Below, one piece after another: positions 17,667 through 26,272 of a stretch of DNA of 64,000 nucleotides. The position numbers and the translations under genes were made by a program. The notes under the pieces were generated by a model. It saw only the letters and a list, made by a program, of their open reading frames with translations, did no database searches and was not told where the DNA came from. Positions within the stretch are counted from its first letter, which is position 1, and every line of letters begins with the position of its first letter. Source of the DNA: Thermoflexales bacterium. Its GTDB lineage: Bacteria > Chloroflexota > Anaerolineae > J036 > Brachytrichaceae. Location of the stretch: contig DAORUN010000003.1 of the NCBI GenBank assembly GCA_035433205.1, positions 4,574-68,573 on the forward strand, given 5' to 3'.

Positions 17667-18689
17667 ATGCTCTACCTCTTTCATGGTCCAAACACCCTTA
17701 ACCGCGATGAAGATATTGCGCGGATGAAAGCCGGTCTGGGTGATGAGACCGTCATCTCGCTCAACTTTACTGCGCTGGATGCAATCGCCACGTTCAAAGA
17801 GATTCAAGCCGCCTGCGATGCGATGCCATTTTTGGCAGACCGGCGCATGATTGTGGTGCGTGGCTGGCTGGGCAAGGCAGGGCAGGGGCGCAAAAAAAAC
17901 GCGAAGGAATCTGAGAATGATCCAATATCGCAATTGGCGAAGTATTTGGAGGAATTGTCGGACACCACCGAGTTGATTTTGGCCGAAGATGGTGTTTTGC
18001 CCGACGCGCATCCCATCAGCAAAGCCACCGCCGCGTTGAAAAAAAACAACCGCGCCGAGGTGAAATTATTTGAGTTGCCAGCCGACCCGGTGAAATGGGC
18101 GATTGAACGCGCCAAGGCAAAAGGCGGCATATTGGGCCGCGAGGCGGCGGTGGCTCTCACCACAAAATTGAACCGCGGCAACAAAAACGACCGCGATCAT
18201 TTTGATGAGGATAGCCGGATGTATTTGCTCAAGCTGGATACCGAGCTGGAGAAGCTGGTGTCTTTTGCCAATGGCCGCGAAGTGACCGCGCGAGATGTTG
18301 AGGCGCTGGTGGCGGGCGAGGATTCGGCGGATATTTTCAAATTTGTAGATGCCATCAGCCAAAAAGAAACCGGCGCGGCCATGAGCGAAATGCGCATGAT
18401 TTTGGCGCGTGGCGAGTTCCCGCTGATTGTGCTCACGCACATTGCGCGGCAAACGCGGCTGCTCATTCAGGCCAAAGAAAATGCCAAACTCACGCCAGAT
18501 GCGTTCGCGCAGGCGATTGGGGTGCATCCATTTGTGGCGAAGAAAGCCATGCAGCAGGCTGGGCGTTTTAGTATGCCTCAGTTGGAACGGGCGCACATCG
18601 CCTGCATGGAGGCTGATGTCGCCATCAAAACAGGCCAAATGGAAGATGTGGCCGCGCTTGAGATTTTGGTGGCGGAGTTTTGCAATTGA
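17667..18689 (+). CDS. holA: DNA polymerase III delta subunit
   Basis: 340 aa. MLYLFHGPNTLNRDEDI N-terminus, size and helical C-terminal domain are typical of HolA. Confidence 0.75.
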   Translation: MLYLFHGPNTLNRDEDIARMKAGLGDETVISLNFTALDAIATFKEIQAACDAMPFLADRRMIVVRGWLGKAGQGRKKNAKESENDPISQLAKYLEELSDTTELILAEDGVLPDAHPISKATAALKKNNRAEVKLFELPADPVKWAIERAKAKGGILGREAAVALTTKLNRGNKNDRDHFDEDSRMYLLKLDTELEKLVSFANGREVTARDVEALVAGEDSADIFKFVDAISQKETGAAMSEMRMILARGEFPLIVLTHIARQTRLLIQAKENAKLTPDAFAQAIGVHPFVAKKAMQQAGRFSMPQLERAHIACMEADVAIKTGQMEDVAALEILVAEFCN

Positions 18690-18743
18690 AAGAGCCTGAA
18701 AGTCTTGCCTGACAGTAATCAGGGTGAGACCTTCAGGCTCTTC
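18688..18743. terminator. Bidirectional terminator-like nested hairpin between convergent holA and glgP
   Basis: GAAAGAGCCTGAAAGTCT pairs with AGACCTTCAGGCTCTTC (about 15/17). An inner CCTGA-cagtaa-TCAGG stem is present and a T-rich tract follows. Confidence 0.65.
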
Positions 18744-18751
18744 CCTTTTGT

Positions 18752-20911
18752 TTATTTGACCGCTAGCGGCGCATACAGCTCGTTCGCGTATTGCTTCAGC
18801 ATTCTGCGGGTGCTGAATGCCGGGGCGCACGTGGCGATGGATTCCTTCATCGCCTCAATCCAGTCGTGCGGCACACCGTGATCGTCCTGGTCGTAATACA
18901 TCGGCACAAGGCTGTTCTCCAACGTGGAATACAACGATTCGGCGTCGGCTTCGTCTTGCGCCTCCAAATCGGTGTAATCCTGCTCGGTGCCAATGGCCCA
19001 GCCGTTCTTTCCGTTAAACGCCTCCGGCCACCAGCCATCCAACACGCTAAAGTTCAGCGCGCCGTTCAGGGCGGCCTTCATGCCGCTGGTGCCGCTGGCC
19101 TCATACGGGCGGCGCGGCGTGTTCATCCACACATCCACACCCTGCACCAGCGCGCGGGCGACGGTCATATCGTAGTCCTCAATAAACACCAGCCGCCCGC
19201 CCGTGTCGGCGTTCTTGATCATGCGATACAAATCCTGAATCAGCCGCTTGCCCGGCTCATCGTTCGGGTGAGATTTGCCCGCGTAAATGATCTGCACCGG
19301 CATGGCAGCGTTGTTAATGATTTTGAGCAGGCGATCCACATCCCGCAAAATCATGGTGGCGCGTTTGTAGGTTGGGAATCGCCGCGCAAAGCCCAGCGTC
19401 AGCATGTTCGGGTCAATGAGCACGCCGCTGGCAACCGTTTGCACCGGGTGCACGCGATGGGTGAGCCACTTGCTGCGCGCCCGCTCCACCATGAAGTTTT
19501 GCAGGCGGCGCTTGTAATGTTTGTGAACTTCCCAAAGCTCAATATCCGGTATCTCGTAAACCTTCTTCCACATCTCAACGTCATCAATGCGGTTCTGCCA
19601 GTCGCGGCCCAGATACTCGTTATATAAATTCCGCATTCGCCGCGCAATCCAGGTGGGCGCGTGAATGCCATTTGTCACATAGCTGATGGGCGGCGGGAGG
19701 TCTTCGTCGCGCCCAACAAACATCCACTTCCACATTTCGTTGGCAACCTTGCCATGCAGCTTGCTCACGCCGTTGGCTTTGCCCGCCATGCGCAAGGCCA
19801 GCACGGTCATGCCGTAATTGCCCTCGTGCAGCGCAAGATTCATAAACTCCTCGCGGCTCATCTTGAGTTCATCCCAAAAGCCGTTCAGTTGGCGCTCAAT
19901 CTGCCACACCGCAAACTGGTCGTTGCCAGCGGGCACGGGCGTGTGGGTGGTAAACACGGTGCTCTTGCGGATGTGCTCCTGAGCCTCGTTGATATTCATC
20001 CCTTCGTTTTGCACCAGTTCACGCGCTCGCTCCAGCGTGCTGAAGGCCGGGTGTCCTTCGTTCATGTGCCACACGGCGGGGTCGTAACCCATCTCACGGA
20101 TGGCTTTTACGCCGCCCATGCCCAGCAAAATTTCTTGCGCAATGCGCGTCTCTGGGTCGGGGTTATACAGGCGCATGGTCAACGCCCGCACCGATTGCGA
20201 ATTCTCCGGCAAGTTGGTGTCAATCAAATACAGCGGCACGCGGCCCACCTGCGCCTTCCACAAGTGAAAGAAAAATTCGCGGTGCCCAACTTCCAGTTTA
20301 AGCGTGAGTGGCTTTTTATCCTTGCCAAGCACGCGCGTCACCGGCATGTCATCAAAATTGTTGGGCGGGTAATCCGCTTCTTGCCAGCCGTCCTCAGAAA
20401 TCCGCTGGGTGAAATAGCCCAACAGATAGAGGAAGCCCATGCCCACCATCGGTATGCCCAGATCGCTGGCTTCTTTCAAGTGATCGCCCGCCAAAATGCC
20501 AAGGCCGCCTGCATACAGCGGCAGCACCGCGTTCAGGCCAAACTCGAAAGACATATACGCCACCGGCCCGCTCCACTCGCCATACGTTTCGTGAAACCAG
20601 GTGCCGTTGTTTTTGCTGTCTGGTTTGGCGGTGGCTTTGCGCATATACGCGCTCAACTCGGCAATCACGCCATCGTAAGCATCCAAAAATTCTTTGTCTT
20701 TGTATGCGGCGATGAGTTTGTCGCGCTGCACGCGCTTGAGAAACTTGACAGGGTTCCCGTATGTTTGTTGCCACAACACGGGGTCAATGTGCATGTATAG
20801 CCGCCATGCCTCTGGGTGCCATGTCCACCACAGATTGTAGGCCAGCTCGCCCAGCCGGTTCACGCGCTTTGGCAGCGAGCTGACCAATGATTCAACTTCT
20901 AACTCTTTCAT
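18752..20911 (-). CDS. glgP: Alpha-glucan phosphorylase (GT35)
   Basis: YMSFEFGLNAVLPLYAGGLGILAGDHLKEASDLGIPMVGMGFLY and a later GTSGMKAALNG (PLP-Lys block). The tracked start at 20917 is TTG and the ATG at 20911 was used. Confidence 0.9.
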   Translation of the reverse strand: MKELEVESLVSSLPKRVNRLGELAYNLWWTWHPEAWRLYMHIDPVLWQQTYGNPVKFLKRVQRDKLIAAYKDKEFLDAYDGVIAELSAYMRKATAKPDSKNNGTWFHETYGEWSGPVAYMSFEFGLNAVLPLYAGGLGILAGDHLKEASDLGIPMVGMGFLYLLGYFTQRISEDGWQEADYPPNNFDDMPVTRVLGKDKKPLTLKLEVGHREFFFHLWKAQVGRVPLYLIDTNLPENSQSVRALTMRLYNPDPETRIAQEILLGMGGVKAIREMGYDPAVWHMNEGHPAFSTLERARELVQNEGMNINEAQEHIRKSTVFTTHTPVPAGNDQFAVWQIERQLNGFWDELKMSREEFMNLALHEGNYGMTVLALRMAGKANGVSKLHGKVANEMWKWMFVGRDEDLPPPISYVTNGIHAPTWIARRMRNLYNEYLGRDWQNRIDDVEMWKKVYEIPDIELWEVHKHYKRRLQNFMVERARSKWLTHRVHPVQTVASGVLIDPNMLTLGFARRFPTYKRATMILRDVDRLLKIINNAAMPVQIIYAGKSHPNDEPGKRLIQDLYRMIKNADTGGRLVFIEDYDMTVARALVQGVDVWMNTPRRPYEASGTSGMKAALNGALNFSVLDGWWPEAFNGKNGWAIGTEQDYTDLEAQDEADAESLYSTLENSLVPMYYDQDDHGVPHDWIEAMKESIATCAPAFSTRRMLKQYANELYAPLAVK

Positions 20912-21064
20912 AATCAATCGTATCTCTCCTTAAATCAGTTGAGCCAACTTTTGGTCAACCCGCGCAATTCTACATGCCCCGTGATTGCAAAGCCAAATTT
21001 GCGCTTTGGGTGAGTGTTTATGTAATTCCGAGCAGGAAATTTTTGCCGGCCCATACTTTGCACT

Positions 21065-21070
21065 TAGAAT
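21065..21070 (+). promoter_or_regulatory. Candidate -10 box (TAGAAT) 6 nt upstream of the DUF58 ATG (possible leaderless mRNA)
   Basis: TTGCCG-16 nt-TAGAAT-6 nt-ATG, read directly from the sequence. No SD motif. Confidence 0.3.
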
Positions 21071-21076
21071 TGCCCC

Positions 21077-21958
21077 ATGCTTTCGGAGTCGTTCCTCAAA
21101 TCGCTGGTGGGATTGCGCCTCGCGTCAACGCGGCGTCAACGCGGCGCGTTGATGGGTGAGCGCCGAAGCGCGCGGCGCGGTCGCTCGATTGAGTTTGCCG
21201 ATTACCGCAATTACACCCCTGGCGACGACCCGCGCCGCGTGGACTGGAACATTTACGCCCGTCACGAAAAGGCTTACATTAAATTATTTGAGGATGAAGA
21301 AGACACCGCCGTGAGTATTTTGCTGGATGTGAGCAAATCTATGCGCTGGATGGCCGAAGATGAGACCGCGCCGCAAAAGATGGAGCGCGCCGCGGAGATT
21401 GCGCTCTCTCTGGCTTTCATCGCCCTGTCTGGCGGCGACCGTTTGGTGATGGAGTTGAGCAGCGGCGCGCGCATTGGCCCCCGGCGCGGCGCGGGCGCGA
21501 TGGCGCATTTTGCCAGCGCGGTCTCGCGCGAGCTGACCCGCGCCGATGCGACCTCAATGCCCATCAACACGTGGTTGCGCCGTTACGCCGCCACATCGCC
21601 GCCCGGCATGTGCTTTGTTGTGTCCGATCTTTTGGATGAAACCGGATACCAGGACGGTCTCAACGTCCTCGCCACCAGCCGGGCCGAGGTGAGCGTGGTG
21701 CAAACACTTTGCCCCGATGAACTTGCGCCGCGTTTTGAGGGCGATGTGCGCTTGAAAGATGTGGAGACCGGCGCCGCCCGCGATTTGAGCATGGATAACG
21801 CCACGTTGCGCGATTACGCCCAGCGCCTCAAGATTTTTACCGATGAAGCCCAGGCGTTTTGCCAGCGGCGCGGCGGGCGATATTTTCTCGCGGACACGTC
21901 CCAATCTACCGGCGATATTGTGGCCCGCGACTTGCGCCGGCAGGGGTGGATTGTGTAA
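21077..21958 (+). CDS. DUF58 domain protein (vWA-like, Bat/MoxR-associated family)
   Basis: GERRSARRGRSIEFADYRNYTPGDDPRRVDWNIYAR is the canonical DUF58 signature. Confidence 0.8.
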   Translation: MLSESFLKSLVGLRLASTRRQRGALMGERRSARRGRSIEFADYRNYTPGDDPRRVDWNIYARHEKAYIKLFEDEEDTAVSILLDVSKSMRWMAEDETAPQKMERAAEIALSLAFIALSGGDRLVMELSSGARIGPRRGAGAMAHFASAVSRELTRADATSMPINTWLRRYAATSPPGMCFVVSDLLDETGYQDGLNVLATSRAEVSVVQTLCPDELAPRFEGDVRLKDVETGAARDLSMDNATLRDYAQRLKIFTDEAQAFCQRRGGRYFLADTSQSTGDIVARDLRRQGWIV

Positions 21959-21964
21959 CGCGTA

Positions 21965-21986
21965 GCGCCCGGAGCGTTCCGGGCGC
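21965..21986. repeat. CGCCCGGAGC-family hairpin
   Basis: GCGCCCGGA-gcgt-TCCGGGCGC, a 9-bp stem between the DUF58 and BatA-like genes. Confidence 0.6.
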
Positions 21987-21994
21987 CAAGAAAC

Positions 21995-23833
21995 ATGAAC
22001 ATCCTCAACCCTCTCGCCCTTTTGTTTGCGCTGCTGGCCGTGCCAATTGTGCTGCTTTACCTGCTGCGTTTGCAGCGGCGCGAACAAAGCGTATCCAGCA
22101 CGCTGCTTTGGCGGCAATCTACGCTAGACCGCGAAGCAAACGCCCTCTGGCAAAAGTTGCGCCCCAACATTTTGTTGTTTTTGCAATTGCTCACCCTGGC
22201 GTTTTTGGTGTTCGCGCTCATTCGGCCATACATCAACCAGCCGGGCCAAACCCCGGCCCGCACAATTGTTTTGTTAGACGCCTCGGCCTCGATGTTGGCC
22301 GAAGATGTGCCGCCCACGCGCTTTTCCGCCGCAAAAAAACAGGTGAGCAACCTGATTGACGACCTTGGCGCAAACGACCAGCTTGCCCTCATTTTGATGG
22401 GCGCATCGCCCCGCGCGTTGAGCGGTTTTAGCGCCAGCAAAGCCGAGCTGGCCGCCGCGCTTGATGCCGCCCAGCCCGCGCTGGAAGCCGCAAACTGGGG
22501 CGCGGCCATCTCATTGGCGCAGGCCATCGCGCAGGGGGATGAGAACACGGCTTTTGTCGTTGTGAGCGATGGCGCAAACGCCGATGACGCGAAACTCCTC
22601 ACCGGCAATGTTAAATTTATTCCGGTGGGCGCAAACGGCGAAAATGTTTTTATCAGCGCGTTCACTGTGCGCCGAACCGTGCGCGGGCTGGCCGCGTTTG
22701 TGCGCGTGAACAACTCTGGCAAGAGCGCGGCCAGTGTGCTGGTCTCGCTCCGTTCTGGTGATGCCTTGCTGGATGCCCGGACGCTGGATGTTCCCGCGGC
22801 TGGCTCGGCCACATGGACGCAGAACGACCTTGACCCCGCGCTGCCCCATCTGACCGCGCGAATTGACCAAACCCCAAACGCCGCCCAGGATAATCTTGCC
22901 GCCGATGACGCCGCATATGCCATCAACCCGGTGACCAGCATACGCCGCGCGTTGCTGGTCACGCGAGGCAACCGCTTTTTGGAGCAAGCCCTTGGCGCGT
23001 TGCCGGGGCTGCAGGTCACGCGCGTGGTGCCATCGGTGGATGGGTTGACCGCCGGGCAAGATTTGTCTGGCGCGGTCTACGATTTGATTGTGCTGGATAA
23101 CATCACCGCCACGCTGCCATCCAACGCAAATGTGTTGATGATTGGGGCGGGGGCGCAGTTTAGCAGCACGGGCGTGTTTAGCAACACAGGCTTTGTTCGC
23201 GCCGAGGCAAGCCCCATCGCCCAGAATGTGGATTGGCGCGGCGTAAATGTGCTGGAAGCGCAACATCTTGCGCCGCCCGCATGGTTGCAGCCGGTCATTC
23301 AGGCGCAGGGTGGGGGGCTGGTTTTTGCGGGGGATGGCGCATCCGCCGGGCTTGGCCGCGTGGTCGCCCTTCCGTTTGATCTGTTCAAAAGCGACCTGCC
23401 CTTGCAAATTGCGTTTCCGGTTTTGGTGGCTAATTCGGTGGATTGGCTTTCGCCCGCGCAAGGTCTTGCGCTGCCAGCCAGCGTCAAACCGGGCGAGGTG
23501 ATCGCCTTGCCCGGCGGGTCTCAGGTTGTTTTGCCCGCAGGCGCAAGCATGGCCGCGCCAGATGGCGTTTTTGCCGATACGGCTCAGCCGGGCATTTACG
23601 CCGTGCAAACCCCGCGCGGGCGGGGCTACTTTGCGGTTAATTTTTTGGATGCGCGCGAGTCTGACACGACGCCACAACCCAACTTGCAATTTGCCAACGC
23701 CAACGCGCAAACGCAAACCGCGCAAGGCTTGTCTCAGCGCGAGTTGTGGAACATCCTCGCCGCCCTCGCGCTTGTTTTATTGACGATTGAGTGGTGGGTC
23801 TACCAGCGAGGGTTGAGGACGCGCAAAGCCTAA
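21995..23833 (+). CDS. BatA-like membrane protein with N-terminal aerotolerance-type TM domain and vWA domain
   Basis: MNILNPLALLFALLAVPIVLLYLLRLQRRE N-terminus, a VLLDASASM MIDAS-like block and a C-terminal TM helix. Confidence 0.7.
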   Translation: MNILNPLALLFALLAVPIVLLYLLRLQRREQSVSSTLLWRQSTLDREANALWQKLRPNILLFLQLLTLAFLVFALIRPYINQPGQTPARTIVLLDASASMLAEDVPPTRFSAAKKQVSNLIDDLGANDQLALILMGASPRALSGFSASKAELAAALDAAQPALEAANWGAAISLAQAIAQGDENTAFVVVSDGANADDAKLLTGNVKFIPVGANGENVFISAFTVRRTVRGLAAFVRVNNSGKSAASVLVSLRSGDALLDARTLDVPAAGSATWTQNDLDPALPHLTARIDQTPNAAQDNLAADDAAYAINPVTSIRRALLVTRGNRFLEQALGALPGLQVTRVVPSVDGLTAGQDLSGAVYDLIVLDNITATLPSNANVLMIGAGAQFSSTGVFSNTGFVRAEASPIAQNVDWRGVNVLEAQHLAPPAWLQPVIQAQGGGLVFAGDGASAGLGRVVALPFDLFKSDLPLQIAFPVLVANSVDWLSPAQGLALPASVKPGEVIALPGGSQVVLPAGASMAAPDGVFADTAQPGIYAVQTPRGRGYFAVNFLDARESDTTPQPNLQFANANAQTQTAQGLSQRELWNILAALALVLLTIEWWVYQRGLRTRKA

Positions 23834-23854
23834 AGGTCTCGCAGACTTTTAGGC
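23828..23854. terminator. 27-nt hairpin GCCTAAAGGTCT-CGC-AGACTTTTAGGC at a convergent gene pair
   Basis: 12-bp stem with one G-U pair. It overlaps the BatA-like stop and lies 2 nt before the stop of the PyrF-like gene. Confidence 0.7.
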
Positions 23855-23855
23855 T

Positions 23856-24566
23856 TTAAGAAAATTGTTCCCTGAGCGCCAGCGCTTTTTTGCGGGCATC
23901 CTCGGCAAAATTCATCGTGCGGCTGGCATACAAAATCTCCGCGCCAACCGCGCACAGCGGGCGCAAGCCGTCTCTTAGGGTCGTGTGCGTTTTTGCAAAC
24001 GCGCGGGTGGCCGATGGGTGAGCCGCGGCATTCATCACCAGCCAGGGCGTGCTCAGGTCAAACGAGAGCAAAGATTCCGGCTTGGCCGCAGATACCCATC
24101 CGCCATATTCCTTGACGCCTTTATCCGAGATGGTTCCGGCTGGATAAAAATAAAATTGATTCGCATAGGCATTATTTTTATCCAAACTAGACCTAAAAAA
24201 GCTAATACCTAAAGTCAAGGCATCACATTTCATTTGCTCAAACACGCCGCGCAAAAAATACGATCCTGCTTCAATTTCGCCCAGCCGCGCATCACAAATG
24301 AGGGGCAGATCATGTGGCACAGCCCGCACAATGCGTTCCAACGCCACCATCCCCGCCGCACCTTCGGCCAAATAATACGCAGGATTGATGACATACCCGC
24401 ACACCACGTCTTGCGTCGCTTCAATAATCGCCCGCGCAAACGGCAACATCGGCTCATCGTATTGCTGGATGGAGATTGGCGAGTTCGCGGGCACAATATC
24501 CAGGCTTACGCACAAACAAGAGTTGTTTTTGCGCTGGGCGGCAAGGGCTTTTTCTCGGAAGGTCAT
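23856..24566 (-). CDS. Orotidine-5-phosphate decarboxylase-fold protein (type-2 PyrF-like, divergent active site)
   Basis: The N-terminal NNSCLCVSLDI resembles the LxVGLDP block. The expected DAKRGDI block reads CDARLGEI, and the expected KPN/KIN block reads VINP. Confidence 0.5.
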   Translation of the reverse strand: MTFREKALAAQRKNNSCLCVSLDIVPANSPISIQQYDEPMLPFARAIIEATQDVVCGYVINPAYYLAEGAAGMVALERIVRAVPHDLPLICDARLGEIEAGSYFLRGVFEQMKCDALTLGISFFRSSLDKNNAYANQFYFYPAGTISDKGVKEYGGWVSAAKPESLLSFDLSTPWLVMNAAAHPSATRAFAKTHTTLRDGLRPLCAVGAEILYASRTMNFAEDARKKALALREQFS

Positions 24567-24575
24567 GGTTTTGTT

Positions 24576-24620
24576 AGGACGATGGACGATTGATCGTCTA
24601 TGGTCTATCGTCCATCGTCT
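24576..24620. repeat. GGACGAT-type hairpin
   Basis: GACGATGGACGAT (24578-24590) is complementary to ATCGTCCATCGTC (24607-24619). Confidence 0.75.
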
Positions 24621-26208
24621 AGTTTGGTAAATAATAGCTCACGATTATTCCCCCCGAAAACGTTTTTTGCTCCACCAGCGTGTAGCCTTTAACTTGCGAG
24701 AATTCATCAACAATTTTTTGTTTCCACACATTTTTATTTTGCATATCGTTGGTGGCATACAAGGGTGAATCAGATGAGATTTTGATCGTGGTGATTTGCG
24801 CGCCCGGGTTAGCCAACGCCCACGCCTGCACCCGCTGAATATCCGTTCCATCGCCGGGTGGGGCATCATATTGGATGGGTTTTCCGCTTTGCGCAAACGC
24901 CGCCACCGGGCGCAAACGCCACTCAAAATACGGCGGCCCCAGCTCGCCAAACGTCCCAATGATGAGCAGCGGGCGCTCTGGCTTTTGCCAGACGTAAATC
25001 TGGTCGGCGGCCCCGCGCAAGCCAAAAGCCACATCCCCCGCCCAAACCGGTTGCAGGCGTGGCAGCCATGTTACCCAGCCAACCAGCGTGAGAATTGCCA
25101 GCAAAACAATCAGGCTGATGTGAGCGGTCTGGCTTTTGCGCCATTGCCCGACATCTTGCCAAAGCTGCGCCGCGCCAATGCCCGCCAAAAGCCACAACGA
25201 TGGAAATATCGGCGTGATGTAACGCGGCGCTTTGAGTTGGTGAATTGTGGCAAGCGCAAAACCAATCGCAAAAAATAACGCCAACAAACGCGCACCCGCG
25301 CTTCTCACACGCACAACCGCGTAGCCCGCGCTCAACAAGGCCAGCGCCGCCAGCCAAGGCGATGGCATCAGCCAATCTGCCGCAACGCGAACGTAAAACA
25401 AAAGGTTTTGCTCGCTCCAAAATGGGTAGCCCGAATCCTCATTGGACACAAAAAACGCAAAATCGCGCCACTTGATCTCGGTCTTAACCACATCTTGCGC
25501 GCCAAAAAACCAGAACAACACGCCCGCGATGAGCGGCAGATACAAGACAAAAAAAGTAATCGCAAGCCGCCCGGCGCTTTCCTCTTTCTCGCGCCACAAA
25601 CGAACGCGCTCGGCCACATCCACCAAACCGATGGCCGCCAACGCAAACGCCGCATAGTTGTATTTGGTGAGAAACAGACAAAACAACCCCGCGCCCGTGA
25701 GCGCAAACCAAAATGCGCCACGTTTCTTGAGGGCGTGCAGAAAGACTGCAAAGACGCAAAAAACGACAAACGCCACCGGTGTCTCCTGCATGGCCCAGCT
25801 TGCGGTAAACAGCCAGCCCGGCGCAGTGAGCGAGATCAGCCCGCCAACCAGCGCGGCAATGGGCGCGAGGCGGCGATCAATCTGCCACGCCAGCACACAC
25901 CCCATCAGCAAAGTGAGCACGAGCATGGCGTAAGCAAACAATCTTGCGCCGTTGTCTGTTACGCCAAACAAAGCCAAAAACGGCGCCTGCAAATACGAGA
26001 ACCCCGGCGGCCAAAGCGTTTGCATGTTGGTGTTCACCCAAAGCTCATGCCAATCCAGCCGCGTGATATCTCGCAAAATGTAATATCCCTCAAGGCTGTG
26101 CGCGGCCTCGTCAAAATTCAGCGGCGGCGCGGGCAAAATCAGCCACGCATACACCTCGCGGCCAACGACCAGCGAGAGTAAAACGAGGATAAGCGCAACC
26201 ACGCTCAT
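24619..26208 (-). CDS. GT-C family membrane glycosyltransferase (ArnT-like)
   Basis: Trimmed to the ATG at 26208 (MSVVALILVLL...). PLNFDEAAHSLEGYY follows TM1 (DE motif), then many helices. The tracked N-terminal 88 aa are basic and low-complexity and overlap the divergent gene. Confidence 0.6.
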   Translation of the reverse strand: MSVVALILVLLSLVVGREVYAWLILPAPPLNFDEAAHSLEGYYILRDITRLDWHELWVNTNMQTLWPPGFSYLQAPFLALFGVTDNGARLFAYAMLVLTLLMGCVLAWQIDRRLAPIAALVGGLISLTAPGWLFTASWAMQETPVAFVVFCVFAVFLHALKKRGAFWFALTGAGLFCLFLTKYNYAAFALAAIGLVDVAERVRLWREKEESAGRLAITFFVLYLPLIAGVLFWFFGAQDVVKTEIKWRDFAFFVSNEDSGYPFWSEQNLLFYVRVAADWLMPSPWLAALALLSAGYAVVRVRSAGARLLALFFAIGFALATIHQLKAPRYITPIFPSLWLLAGIGAAQLWQDVGQWRKSQTAHISLIVLLAILTLVGWVTWLPRLQPVWAGDVAFGLRGAADQIYVWQKPERPLLIIGTFGELGPPYFEWRLRPVAAFAQSGKPIQYDAPPGDGTDIQRVQAWALANPGAQITTIKISSDSPLYATNDMQNKNVWKQKIVDEFSQVKGYTLVEQKTFSGGIIVSYYLPN

Positions 26209-26258
26209 CCTCAACCCATTACTTTGCACTTTCAACTTTCCGCTTTGCACTTGGTTAG

Positions 26259-26264
26259 TATACT
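26259..26264 (+). promoter_or_regulatory. Candidate -10 box (TATACT) 8 nt upstream of the YfhO-like ATG
   Basis: TATACT-ggccgcag-ATG in a 64-nt divergent intergenic region. No SD motif. Confidence 0.3.
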
Positions 26265-26272
26265 GGCCGCAG

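Noticed and set aside
18066-20800. Long ORFs 18066-18830(-), 18791-19627(+) and 19661-20800(+) overlapping holA and glgP
   Set aside because: Their composition is biased (R/H/Q/A) with no motifs. They overlap genes that have unambiguous family signatures.
22057-23725. 320-aa and 404-aa minus-strand ORFs opposite the BatA-like gene
   Set aside because: They are antisense shadows with Arg/Ala/Ser-rich low-complexity sequence.
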